A stretch of DNA of 63,699 bases, the filler included, from Saprolegnia diclina VS20 (lineage: Eukaryota): NCBI RefSeq assembly GCF_000281045.1. It is 8 parts of 3 records of this genome, joined end to end, with 100 filler letters (N's around TTAATTAATTAA, not from the genome) between each part and the next. Parts side by side here need not be neighbours in the genome. Positions count along the whole stretch, not along the records: positions 4,443 to 26,552 come from NW_008246108.1; positions 26,653 to 35,167 come from NW_008246108.1; 6 more parts are not named here. One strand, given 5' to 3'. Positions 22,351 to 33,304 of this stretch are shown in pieces; position 1 is the stretch's first letter, and each line of letters opens with the position of its first letter. The position numbers and the translations under genes were made by a program. Below the pieces are notes generated by a model. The model was not told the origin of the DNA, made no database searches, and worked only from the letters and a program-made list of their open reading frames with translations.

Positions 22351-22890
22351 CTAGCATCCGCCTTGCGCACACCACGCGAGGCCTTCGTGGACGCCGCTGC
22401 CGTTGGTCGCGGAGCCGCCTTGTACCTTCCACATGCGCTGCTTCAAATGCGCGAGATCCAAGGCCGACGAGATCGCGCCATCGTCCAGCGCGCCCGCGCG
22501 GTCTTGTTTGTTGGCAAAGATGAGCACGCGGCAGTCACGCGCGGCGTCAGCGCCCAGGATGTCGTGGAGCGCGTGCTTGGCCTCGTCCAGGCGATCCACC
22601 GCGGTTGCATCGACGACGAAGATGACAATGTGATACTGGTGCGCGAGAAAGTCGACCCAGACGCGTCGACAGCGTTCGTCGCCGCCAAAGTCCCACATCG
22701 TGAGCGTCGCGCACTTGTGCTGGATTATCTCGAGGTTGTAGCTCACGGTTGGGACCGTCGACAGCGTCTCGTCCAGGAACGCGCGGTAGAGGAGTGTGGT
22801 TTTGCCAGCGCCGTCGAGGCCGACCAGCATGACGCGCAGCTTGCGCTTCCGGGCGACGAGGGCGCGGAGACGGGACGTGATGGAGCCCAT
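22351..22890 (-). CDS. ARF-family GTPase (highly divergent)
   Basis: MGSITSR start, GLDGAGKT, WDFGGDERCR, NKQD, GSAT. Confidence 0.82.
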   Translation of the reverse strand: MGSITSRLRALVARKRKLRVMLVGLDGAGKTTLLYRAFLDETLSTVPTVSYNLEIIQHKCATLTMWDFGGDERCRRVWVDFLAHQYHIVIFVVDATAVDRLDEAKHALHDILGADAARDCRVLIFANKQDRAGALDDGAISSALDLAHLKQRMWKVQGGSATNGSGVHEGLAWCAQGGC

Positions 22891-24538
22891 GCGTGTGCTT
22901 GAAGGCAATTTGAGTAGTGAGGAATGTTGATGGTCATCGTCGTTCGTCAGGTCGCATCTGGATGAGCAACAAACACGTGGACGGGTTGTAAAATCGAAAT
23001 ATAGCTATACGGTGAAAATGCATATTTCGTAGGCCTATACCAAGGATAAGATCCTAACTAAGCAGCTGCATTCGGACTTTTTGCTGGAAACAAGGATTCA
23101 TGGGTCGAAATCGGCTTTTTGAATATGCAAAAGAAGCGCTAGCCTCTTGACATGCCCATCAACCGTCCACCAATCAGCGGTGTGCGAAGCAAAGAATTTC
23201 GACGGACCTTGCCATTGCCAGCAGTGAAATCACGGTTCAGCCTGGTCGCCAGTAGCCTAGGCACGTAGGCATGACGCCACCCGTGCTCGACTGCAAACAA
23301 TATTTTGGCTCTGCTGTGTGTCTCTGCAGCGCACTCGGACGCTATGACGTCATGCTCCAGGCTTTGGTGTGATGGCGTGCTGCTTGCCCGCGCTCGTTCG
23401 TCAATGGTACGAGATCGTGTGCCTTGTGGTCGGTGGCGAGCAAGTTTTGTTCGTAAGAATTGATTGTTTTCAAACGAATACATGCAAAATTCACTCCACT
23501 GTTTGGAGAAGACCTTCATTCGGTGGCGTTGGCTGACATCCTGTGCAATCCCATCGAATTCGGTCCTAGTTTGCGCTCAAATGCCTCGTCGCATTCTTGC
23601 GCGTCTCTCGTCGATCTACTAGGCCCACACGTCTCTTGATAGGAGTGAAGAAATGTTTCTCATTTCACTCCCGAACCTCATATATTGGATATTGCACTTG
23701 CCGATGTGATGATCTCTCAGATCTGATAGACTGGCGTCGAATAAGGTTTCGATACGCTGGGATCGCATAATGGCATTCTGGGAGAGCACTTCTGAGCTTA
23801 TGCCCGGTTCACCTCGGCGCAGCAAATGGCCTTGACGTGTGTTGCAATTTAGCCTGCGTCGTCCAAGCATCCTAGACGGCTGCGATTGTCGAGACCGCGA
23901 TAGGTTACTGAGGAGTGCACACGACAGGATGCAGCTAGTTGTCGGTGAACATCATGTTGACCCATGCTGATCGATATCGAAAGTATCTTGCCGTGCCGGG
24001 GCAAGCGCTTGTCCAGCTCCAGTGGTCCAGTGATCGAGCCCATCAAAATCAAGTTGTACCCATTGCACCGCAGCGTTACGCCACCGCCACTGCACCGACC
24101 TGCGCCCTCTTCCGCCACGTTATAATGACCTCTGCCAGTACACTCGTCGCGCTTGTAGGACGCAGCGACGTCACTCCATGCGTTCGTTCGCCTACGAGCA
24201 TCAACTGCGAACGTGGCAGAACGACAAGCTGGATTCGAGCTGTGCCCCCTCCACATTGCGTATCCGGACGCCACTTCAACCTAAACGCACGCTACCTTAG
24301 CATGGCACTACGACGCTACCAGCCTTGGTGGGCGGCAACAGCGGTGCCAAGGACTTTCGTTTGCAGTACGCAACCCTTTCAATCTACAGAGCGCGATGCG
24401 TGGTGATGCATAGCGGTTGTTCGCACCTTACTTTCGCGCCGTCGAGACTGGGATACGACTTAAGTGGGGTGTGTTTAGACAATTGGACACTGGGCGCTGG
24501 TTCCTCCCGAACGCAACAACAGTATTCAACAATCCGCC

Positions 24539-25210
24539 ATGGCCTCGACTCCACGCAGCCCGACCGAGCCGACGACGGCCGCGCCGATCGACACGGTGCC
24601 ACTCGTGTCCCAGGCCAAGTCGCTCCTCCAGGCCATCACCGGCGACCTCAAGGGCGCGTCGCAGACTCAAGACAACTTCTCGCGCGGGTGCCCCGTCGTC
24701 TCGCAGGTCCGCGCGGTCGTCGAAGACACGATTATCCAGGACCCGGCGGCCGCCGCTCGCACGCGGAGCCACTTTAGCTCCTTCTCAATGGACCACTGCC
24801 TCTTCCTCTCGCAGGCCAAGTCGCTCGTGCAGGTGCTAAAGGGCGATGCGAAGGGCGCGCTGCAGACGCAAGAGAACTTTTCCCGCGGTTGCGCCGTCGT
24901 CTCGCAAGCGCGGTCGCTCGTCGAGTCGACGCTCCTGCGCGATCCCGCCGCGGCGCTCAAGACGCAAGAATACTTCCTCGGCAAGCAGAGCGAGGCCGCG
25001 CCGGCGCCGGCCACCACCGACGACGACGACACGTGGACGACAACGCGGGACCCGAATCTGGAGTGCGTCGTGTGTCTCTCTGCGACCAAGAACGTGCTGC
25101 TCCTGCCGTGCAAGCACCTCTGCCTCTGCACGAGCTGCTCGGCGCACATCACGTCCGAGTGTCCACTCTGCAAGACCAAGATTGAGGCCAAGACGACCGT
25201 CTTCATCTAG
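24539..25210 (+). CDS. Repeat-containing C3HC4 RING-finger protein (probable E3 ligase)
   Basis: C-terminal CVVC...PCKHLCLCTSC...CPLC RING; N-terminal internal repeats. Confidence 0.85.
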   Translation: MASTPRSPTEPTTAAPIDTVPLVSQAKSLLQAITGDLKGASQTQDNFSRGCPVVSQVRAVVEDTIIQDPAAAARTRSHFSSFSMDHCLFLSQAKSLVQVLKGDAKGALQTQENFSRGCAVVSQARSLVESTLLRDPAAALKTQEYFLGKQSEAAPAPATTDDDDTWTTTRDPNLECVVCLSATKNVLLLPCKHLCLCTSCSAHITSECPLCKTKIEAKTTVFI

Positions 25211-25886
25211 TTGAGAGGCGTCCTATAGTATATGTAGATGAACGTGTATTCTCTTTGCTGGTAAGAGCCTTGCATACGTAGAGAGCTCTGTCTTCATTGC
25301 GGCTCGTCCGTAATCGCTTGCGGCTGCGGGTGAGGCCAATGACAACAAGCTCCGTCAAGGTGTCCTATGGTGCGTCCCATGTACTCCGTCTCGACGGGTT
25401 GTCCGCCATGAAGGCGTGCTGGGGTCGAGGTTCACGCAAAGTTGATAGACCTGATTGCAGGGTGCCATTCTGATGGCTCAAGCCTTCAGCAGCTAGCACC
25501 CGAGCAGCATGGGAGTACCCTGTGGCGAGGTACTTAGCGACCGCACGAAGGCAGCTTGCGGGCTACGAGCTCGTCTTGTTCAGAGCACTCGAGGCGTCGT
25601 GGCATGCACGTGTTCTGGGAGGTCGAGAGAGCTTGGACTATGGGCTGGCAGTTGACGTCAACGTCTCAGATTATAGCTGCTGGATATCGTTGCTACAGGC
25701 GAGCTGTTGACGAGCAGAAGGGTCGCTCAGGTCTCTGCCTGCTGTCATGCATTCTGGCCGTGGCGATTGCCGTATCGTCTTGGTCCTGCAGTGTGCCATC
25801 ATCATCATCATGCCACCGACGAGCGAGGTCGCGCACACCGAGTTTGATTATTCATGTTGATAGGAGGTACGTCGCATGACACGCGC

Positions 25887-26285
25887 TTACATCTCTTCCA
25901 TCTCGCCTTCCGGTTCGTCGATCTGGCCGAATTCCCACCGCAAGTCGGGCAGGTGGTTGCCGCGCTTGGAGGCCTTGCGCATGCCGTCCGGGTTGGCCAC
26001 GTAGAGCACGCCCAAGAAGATGGGCACCATCGAAAGCATGCCGAGGAGCGCGCGCAGGGCCTGGCCGCTCGTAATGTGCGGCGAGTCAAAGTCGAGGAGC
26101 AGCTCGGGCGCGACCGAGTCGGTCCAGACCAAGTCGCGGTGGAGCTCGAGCGGCTTGTTGCCGTGGGGCACGGGCAGGCGCGCGAACGGCGGCGGCGGCG
26201 GCGCGTGGTGGTGGCCACCGCGGACGGCCGCGCGGATCGCGAGCGGGCGGCTACGGGCGACGGCAGACAGGGCCTTGGAGCTCAT
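25887..26285 (-). CDS. Mitochondrial complex I subunit, NDUFB8/ASHI-like
   Basis: Transit-peptide-like start; KPL..DLVW.D..APE..D, one TM helix and DLRWEFG resemble plant-type NDUFB8 as I recall it (KPL..DELVWDNG..PE..D..NLRVELG). Confidence 0.6.
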   Translation of the reverse strand: MSSKALSAVARSRPLAIRAAVRGGHHHAPPPPPFARLPVPHGNKPLELHRDLVWTDSVAPELLLDFDSPHITSGQALRALLGMLSMVPIFLGVLYVANPDGMRKASKRGNHLPDLRWEFGQIDEPEGEMEEM

Positions 26286-26652
26286 CCTTCCTTCGTGGCA
26301 GCAAAAGTTACTGGCCCGGAATTGTGGCCCGAGGGACGCGAAGTTCGAAGCACCGGTGCTGCAATCGAATACAATGACCTTATAGAGCTATTTGATACAA
26401 ATAGCAAGTATAATAGGCATCGATCGCAAAAGAATACACTTGCCAATCGAAGCAAATAATCGAAGTTGAAAGTCAGTGGCATCAGCCAATCGGATGCCGA
26501 TTTAAAACCCACCGTGTGCCATGTGTGAAACGAAATACGTCGCGTGGGAAATNNNNNNNNNNNNNNNNNNNNNNNNNNNNNNNNNNNNNNNNNNNNTTAA
26601 TTAATTAANNNNNNNNNNNNNNNNNNNNNNNNNNNNNNNNNNNNNNNNNNNN

Positions 26653-28245
26653 ACGAACCTCGACAACCAGTTCTTTGGCCGAACGACAGCGCCGCCGAGC
26701 AACGCGACGACGGCACCGGTACTCGACGACCAACAAACCGTGCCGCCCAACGACCACAGCAACATCAACCGCGGCGCCGGCAACACTGGTGGTGACACGA
26801 CTGCCGAACTCAAGGCCAAGGCCACGGTCGGCACCGAGTCGACGTCCGAGCTCACGGTGCGGTACGTGACGGCCGCCGTCGTTGCCGTGACGATCGCGAC
26901 GCTGGCGTTCTTTCAGTTTCTAGCCATCAACCCGTCGTACATTGCACCGGACGCAGCGATGGAGCGGGCGTTTGCACCCAACGCGTGGGAGCTGCCGACG
27001 TTTGTCGGGTTCCTCCAAGGCATCAGCTTGCTCTCGCTGGTCCGCAACGCGAACGTGCCGCAACTCTTCTACATGAACTTCCTCGACTCGCTCTCGTGGC
27101 TCAACTTTCTCATTCGGGCGCCGGCGTCGTCGGCGTCGACAAGCACCGTGGCATCGGTACAGCTCGTGAGCCACCGGCAGCTGGCGTCGACGTCCAGCTA
27201 CGACGCGTCGGGGTACATTGACTTCTCGCTGCGCGCGAACGTGGGTGAGAAGGACTGGTTCTTCCGGCTCTGGGCGACGGTGCTGGTCGTGCTGGCGGTG
27301 CTCTTGCTGGTCGTGGTCGTGACGGCCGTCGTCGCCAAGTGCTTGGTGCAGCGCGGGAACCCGTTCCACTCGGAGACGTCCGACTCGCACAAGCGCAGCG
27401 TGAGTCTTCGTTCAATCTCGCGCCGGCTCCTCGGCATGTGTGTCACGGTGGTCTACTTTGCAATCTTGCCGCTGTCGATGGTCGCGATGTTCGAGGTGCT
27501 GCTCGACACAACGTCGACGGGGTTTCCGCATACGAACGCCGTGCTCTCGATGGTGACGCTGGCGCTGCTCGTCGGTGTCCTTGTCGCCGGTGCGATCGCG
27601 GTGCACCGCAAGACCGAGGCGGGTCTCTCCAAATGGCACGTCCGCGTCGTGTGGGGCGTTGTGTACGGGCCATACCTGTACAGCCACCGGCTCTTCTTTG
27701 TGGTGACGGCGCTTGTCCAGCTCCTCTCGGGTGTCCTTGTGGCGAGTGTCTCGGCAGCCGGCGCCGCGCCGCTGATCGCACTCATCGCGCTGCGCGTCGT
27801 CTACGTCGTGCTGATCGCAGTCGTCCGTCCATTCCAGTGCAACATCCAGCTGTGGTGCACCCTCGTGTTTGAAGCACTCTTGGTTGTTATGTATGGCGTC
27901 GCCGCTGGTCTCACGCCGCTCGGGCTGGAAGTCGGGACGCAGAAGACGCTGTCGTATGTGGTTGTCATCATCGTCGTCGCGATCGTTCTCGTCGTCTTCC
28001 TGCGGCAACTGCTCATGCTCTGGAACTTTGCGAGCGGGTGGGCAAAACCCGACGACGTCTCGTACTCGGGTATTCCGACGGCGCACGAGCACGACTGGGA
28101 GAGCTCCGGCGCCAACTACACCATTTCGATCCCGGGTGCCGACTCGTCGTCGCGCGACGCGTCAGCTGCGTATTCGACCGACAACATGCCCAACACGATC
28201 CGACTCGTGCCCTCGACACACCCGACCCGGTCTTACGACCTGTAA
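26653..28245 (+). CDS. Multi-pass TRP-like (Flc/PKD2-like C-terminal domain) membrane protein, 5' truncated at gap
   Basis: ORF open from the contig start; about 9 TM segments; FVGFLQ.I, FLDSLSWLNF and WG.VYG.Y....RLFF motifs. Family label is an inference. Confidence 0.7.
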   Translation, partial: TNLDNQFFGRTTAPPSNATTAPVLDDQQTVPPNDHSNINRGAGNTGGDTTAELKAKATVGTESTSELTVRYVTAAVVAVTIATLAFFQFLAINPSYIAPDAAMERAFAPNAWELPTFVGFLQGISLLSLVRNANVPQLFYMNFLDSLSWLNFLIRAPASSASTSTVASVQLVSHRQLASTSSYDASGYIDFSLRANVGEKDWFFRLWATVLVVLAVLLLVVVVTAVVAKCLVQRGNPFHSETSDSHKRSVSLRSISRRLLGMCVTVVYFAILPLSMVAMFEVLLDTTSTGFPHTNAVLSMVTLALLVGVLVAGAIAVHRKTEAGLSKWHVRVVWGVVYGPYLYSHRLFFVVTALVQLLSGVLVASVSAAGAAPLIALIALRVVYVVLIAVVRPFQCNIQLWCTLVFEALLVVMYGVAAGLTPLGLEVGTQKTLSYVVVIIVVAIVLVVFLRQLLMLWNFASGWAKPDDVSYSGIPTAHEHDWESSGANYTISIPGADSSSRDASAAYSTDNMPNTIRLVPSTHPTRSYDL

Positions 28246-28769
28246 AAGATGATCATTCGTGTACCTACGAGTCCCTTGTATGCACAGATTGTCTATAGCG
28301 TGCGACTGCAGTGGCTTGGCTTGGTGGTAACAGCAAATACATCGTCGGGGATTAGGACCGGATATCAGACACGCATAAATCGCACATTTCTAACAGGCAC
28401 TCTGCAGTAAAGCCTGGAGCAACGTCCTCATCATGTCTCTGTGACCATGCTGCCCTGCTACGAGTTCTATGGAGCAAATCTAGGCGAGACTTCAGCGTCC
28501 AACGCAGCTCTTCGAGTCGCCAGACTGCGCTCGAGAGCGCGCTGCAACGCTGACATAGAAGCCGTCGATTCGTTCTCACAGCTATGCTATGATGGAGACT
28601 ACTCCATCCATGCCGGGTCGAGGTCGACCGCGGCACCTCAGATCTTAGTCGTCGTCAATGGCGCGAATCTTGCGATCCGCTAGCATCCGGATACGAGGTT
28701 TGTTAAAAAGCGCTCTTTAAAAAGGCACGGTATCCGGCATGCTGGGTATCCGGATGACACACACGCAGC

Positions 28770-29910
28770 ATGGCTGGAGCGCTCTGGCACGAGGCGCATG
28801 TGCTTGACGCGGCCGAGAACGGCGTCGTCCTCTGGCTCATGGACCCAAGCGCCGGTGCGACCACGTCCTATGCTTCACCGCCTCGTGCTCACGCGCGGTG
28901 TAGAGACGCGCAAGGTGCATGGCACGGTCGTTGCCGCCATCTTTGCGTGGGTCGAGGTCGTCGCGTTTCTTGGCGAGACCTTCCTCGTCATGGTGCTGGC
29001 GATCGCGTCGCGCTCGACGCTCTTGTACTTCCTCTCGTTCCTCATGGAGCGCGATACCTCGGCGACGACGATCGTGGACGCCACGTACGACGCCGTCTTT
29101 GTCGTCGCATGGCTCGTGCATCGGTACGCCGCCTTTTTCCATCTCTCGCCGCGCGCGCTCTGCGAACGGTACGTCGGCTCGACCGCGCTTGCCACGTGCA
29201 GCAACGCTCTGTTAGGCTCGGGCTCTTGCGCTGGCGACCGCTGGCGACATCGACCAAGTGGCTCGTGCTCTACCATCTCGTCGGGTTTGGCCTTGTGGTC
29301 GCGTGGCAGTGGCACACAAGCGACTGGTTCCTCTCGCTGGACAACTACTACGATCCGGCGACGGGCCAGCTCCAGCTCGCGCGCGTCCTAGAGATTCTAC
29401 TTTTGTCGCCGATCAAGGAAGAGATCGTGTTTCGCGGTCTCGCCTTCCACCTGCTCCTCAACCGGTACGTCCGGTGTCATTCGTTCGAAACACTGGATGC
29501 TGATGGCCGTAGGATCCCGAGCAATGGCGTCGCGGCCGGTGTCGCCAGCGTCCTCTTTGGCTGCACGCACCTCATCAACCTCAAGCACAGCAGCTTCTCG
29601 ACGCCCTATGTACTGCTGCAGACCTGCCTTGGTATCGAAATTGGCTTGTACTACGCTGTGCTGTTTGTGCAGACGCGGCAGAACCTCCGCGACTCGATCG
29701 TACTGCACATCGTCAACAACGTCCTCTCGAGCTTCCTCTCGACGCACACGGATTTCAGCGCGCGCCCCATCTTTGCCGTCCTATGTACGTTGTACGGCGT
29801 GACAAGGCGGCGTCATTATGGCTATGCTAGTGCTGCATGCGATCGTTGTCTACTTGGGCTTGACGTACGCATCGATCCGGTCGATGCAAGCGCCTCGAAA
29901 ACTGGCATAA
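28770..29910 (+). CDS. CAAX protease / CPBP (Rce1/Abi-like) intramembrane protease; multi-exon
   Basis: PIKEEIVFRG, LFGCTHL and IVLHIVNN are the EExxFR, FxxxH and HxxxN motifs; short GT-AG introns explain the frame changes. Confidence 0.8.
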
Positions 29911-31556
29911 GCGACAATGGCGCGTCGTCGCCGGCAGCATCATCATCCTGCGTCGTCGTCGTCGTTCTCAACGGTGTTGTAATGCAGCCAACGTATCGTG
30001 GACTTGATCGGCAGAAGCGAACCAAAAGCCTGGACGTACAGGTCGGGCGACGGGACGATGATTGCCGAAAAGGTCACTGTGGAGGACGACGGGATGAAGC
30101 GCAAGGTACTCGCCCCGTCCGTGGCCCATCAGATGGTCGCTGCGAACCCCGACGGCGCAGCTGGCGGTCGCAGCAGATGTGTATGCAGGCACACCGATTC
30201 TTCCATAAAAGAAAAGAGCACCCGGGAGGTGCCCGGGAGGCAGTGCCTGAGAGGCGGAAGCAACGTCGTCATCAGCACACTCTGTTTCGCTTCCATACGC
30301 ATGCACGGGGCGTAGCTCAGTCGTTCGTCATACAAGTATCCGCATTCAATTTGTTCGTGCACGGGTGGACAACGACGACGTCGGTGCACAGAGCCGGCGA
30401 AAAGCTACTAGGTCTTCGTACGAGTCGACCATGACGTACACGTACTCGTATGTCTATCACTCGCTCGACTCGCAACGGACCATACAATGGTAATCCGCGC
30501 AGCTACGTAGAGCTTTACGTAGCCCCGCGATCCGCCACCTGGCGCTGCCACGTCATGAAGCGTTACAACGGACGACCACCTCTACCGTTGCTGTTTGGTG
30601 ACCTTGTGACACGAGTAGCGTGATCGCGTCGACAATACCAAGAGCTGCAGTTGCCTCCTGCGAGAGGCCTTGGACGCGAGCTGATCCGCGTGGTGAGCCG
30701 TCCGACCGGTCGAGCAAAGGCGGGCTGAAGCGTTGCATGATAGGGTCTTGGATCGCCCGTCGACGCCGCACCTGATCCGAAATGATGCGGGATCAGGGGA
30801 CGCGTGGTGAAGGTGGCATAAACGGGCGACGTGACCAAGGGCATTGCATACGCTTGCCGAGGTGCTGGACCGACGCCACCTGGAGCGCACCCGTGGGACG
30901 CCAGTGTCATGCCCTCCGCGCAGCAACGGGCCACCTGGAATTGAAGAACGCGGGCCTAGTGGCGTCGGCGATGCAAGTACCCACGTCCTATTACTCGGAC
31001 ATGGCAGTCGACGGTCTCTACCGATCGAAACCCAATTGCAGACGACACGGACGGTTGCGTCGTGCGTTGAAACCTCGGCTTCTCGACGCCTGTATACAAG
31101 CTCAGTCGGTCGCGCCACCTGCTGCGCCCGCGTCTCAGTGGGCTACCGCGGCCGTCGAATTGCCGTATTCAGTAGGACGCACCACATCCGGCGCACACTA
31201 CCATCGCGGGTTCGAATCGCCGCCGCGAGCGCAACGCTCCCGTTGTCGTCAGTGGACCAGCAGCTTTTCCCGAAGGTCATCTCTGCCGGCGACAATACGC
31301 CCGCCGATGTCGTCCCGTCTTGCAAATCTCGCGCCACCGTCGCCGGTTCACACCCGACGCGGTCGCCTGCGCCTGCCCGACGATTTGTGGCAATTGAGAG
31401 AACCGCTGCAAGACGAACTTGAAGTGCAAAGGCAGGTGACCACGCACCCATGTCAAGAGAGCCGCCCTGACAGCGCGCCCAGCTGGCGACGTGACATACG
31501 CTGGAAAGAACAACCCTTGAGGTAGGCGCAGCGCAGCATCCGTCTCGTCCGTCTCC

Positions 31557-31573
31557 TCCACTTTGCAATTTGC
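31557..31573 (+). promoter_or_regulatory. Oomycete initiator + FPR core promoter
   Basis: TCCACTTTGCAATTTGC just upstream of the ATG at 31591. Confidence 0.5.
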
Positions 31574-31590
31574 CATTCCCAGTGTACTCG

Positions 31591-31956
31591 ATGCTCGAGC
31601 TCCTTCTCTCGACGACGACGACACCGACGTATCAAAAGTGCGGGTACCGTACTGGCAAGTGCACGCACCCGAGCGCGCTCAAGCGCAACGGCCAGTTCCA
31701 CCGGCTCTGTGCCTTTCACCGGCAAAAAGCCAACTGGAACCAAATGAAGCTCGACCGGAAGAAGCGCGAGCGTCGGGCATCGACGGACGACGACGACGCC
31801 GTCGCCATCTTCTCGCCCGCCACCATGTCACCGGTGCTGCCGTCGGCCCTGGACGACGGCCCATTCACACTCGCCTCGGATGAAATGGACTTTTTCCTCG
31901 ACGCCATTCTATCGTCCAAGGGGCTGCCACCGATGCCCGACACGACGTTCTATTGA
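31591..31956 (+). CDS. Small protein with a Cys/His + basic motif of an uncharacterised oomycete family
   Basis: CGYRTGKCTHPSALKRNGQFHRLCAFHRQKANWNQMKLDRKKR, acidic tail ending DEMDFFLDAIL; INR/FPR upstream. Confidence 0.75.
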   Translation: MLELLLSTTTTPTYQKCGYRTGKCTHPSALKRNGQFHRLCAFHRQKANWNQMKLDRKKRERRASTDDDDAVAIFSPATMSPVLPSALDDGPFTLASDEMDFFLDAILSSKGLPPMPDTTFY

Positions 31957-33304
31957 CACGCTACTGGCGTGATTGTTTCTAAGTTAAATGCACTGTATAC
32001 AATTTTACTTTCTTCTTGACGCTCCGAATTCAGTGCATATCGAGCGAAGGCGTAGGAAGGCTTGTACTGGTAGTCGCACGATCGACTGCCGAGAACGTTC
32101 TCGGAGGAACATGCCACTGGGTGGCACCCGTGCCGTGTCATTGACAGGACATCCACCGTGGACTGCATGTGGACGAAGCGCGAATCGGAATTGGTACATT
32201 GTGGACGCTGGAAAGGCCGGTGCCCTGTTGACGCGACAGTGTCGCCGCGCTGCAACCGGCAAACGACGGGCGACACCACCCAGTCAACAAGCAGTTGACC
32301 GAATCGACCGTTGTTATGGAATCGCCACCAGCGGGACACGGGTTTGTTTGGGAATCACTCTTCATCATCCCGTACTACTCAGCAAACGCGCGTCGAGCGA
32401 ATAAACGTAGCAATGCTCGGGATACGAATTCGTTTAATTCGTTGCGAGAACTCTTGAAAAAACAATGATTCGTTGGATGCGTCCAAGCAACAAGAAAGCG
32501 AGGCTTGAGCTTCCAGTGGGACGACCATCCAGATGGGCGGCGTGCGCTGGGTGCGTTGACGCGAAGACGGCAATAATGGCGCGACACGATGTCTCTGCAG
32601 CATCCAATGAGACTCACCCATCCAGATCCGGTACCGCGCCTCCCGAGTACTGTTTGGGGTACACTTTTAGCTGTCTCCCAAGCGGTATCAAAGCGATTCC
32701 CTCATTGGTCTCGGCAGATATGCTCCGCAGAAAGGTTTGGGACGGTAGGTGTTAGCCGCTTCCTGTGGGCTGTCGGTGGGCGATGCCGCACCCACCACAA
32801 ATGACGGCGGCGCTCTTTATGCGCGAATAATCGCGCACCCGCGTTGCGACTGACAAGCTACGTTGCCGTCGGACGCATCCTGTCAAGGCCTGTGCTTTCG
32901 TAATGTGGAGCTGTAATAAGGGACTGTATTTCGAACCGTGCCCCGGCGCACGATGGAGGCACCGCAAGAGAAATAGCAATCTAGTCGCCTATCTCGGTAC
33001 GATAACATACGGTTTCGCGTAGGTAATGATAGCCTTTGATCCACACACAACATGGGCGACGTACCGTTGCCGTGGCACCGACACGGAAGAGATTCGTATC
33101 GGCGCGTCGGTCCGACGGAGCACGGCACCGTGTACTTGGAGTTGTCGGTAATGACGAGTCTACGGCGGTAACGACCCGTCGGCGAACCACGGCGCCGGTG
33201 TGCACCGCCCTTTGAATCTTTGGCTACGACAGCCCTTCTCGATGACAACAGTACTTCACAAAATGGTATTATATCTTGTCGCGAGATGACTACGAACTAC
33301 AGGT

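Noticed and set aside
23000..24450. Short ORFs in intergenic stretches (also 29950-31500, 32000-33250, 57100-57650, 60240-60780)
   Set aside because: No recognisable motifs or coding bias; possibly decayed sequence, but not supportable.
28770..30434. 554-aa ORF as a single protein, or programmed frameshifting
   Set aside because: Short GT-AG introns explain the frame changes; the gene ends at about 29910.
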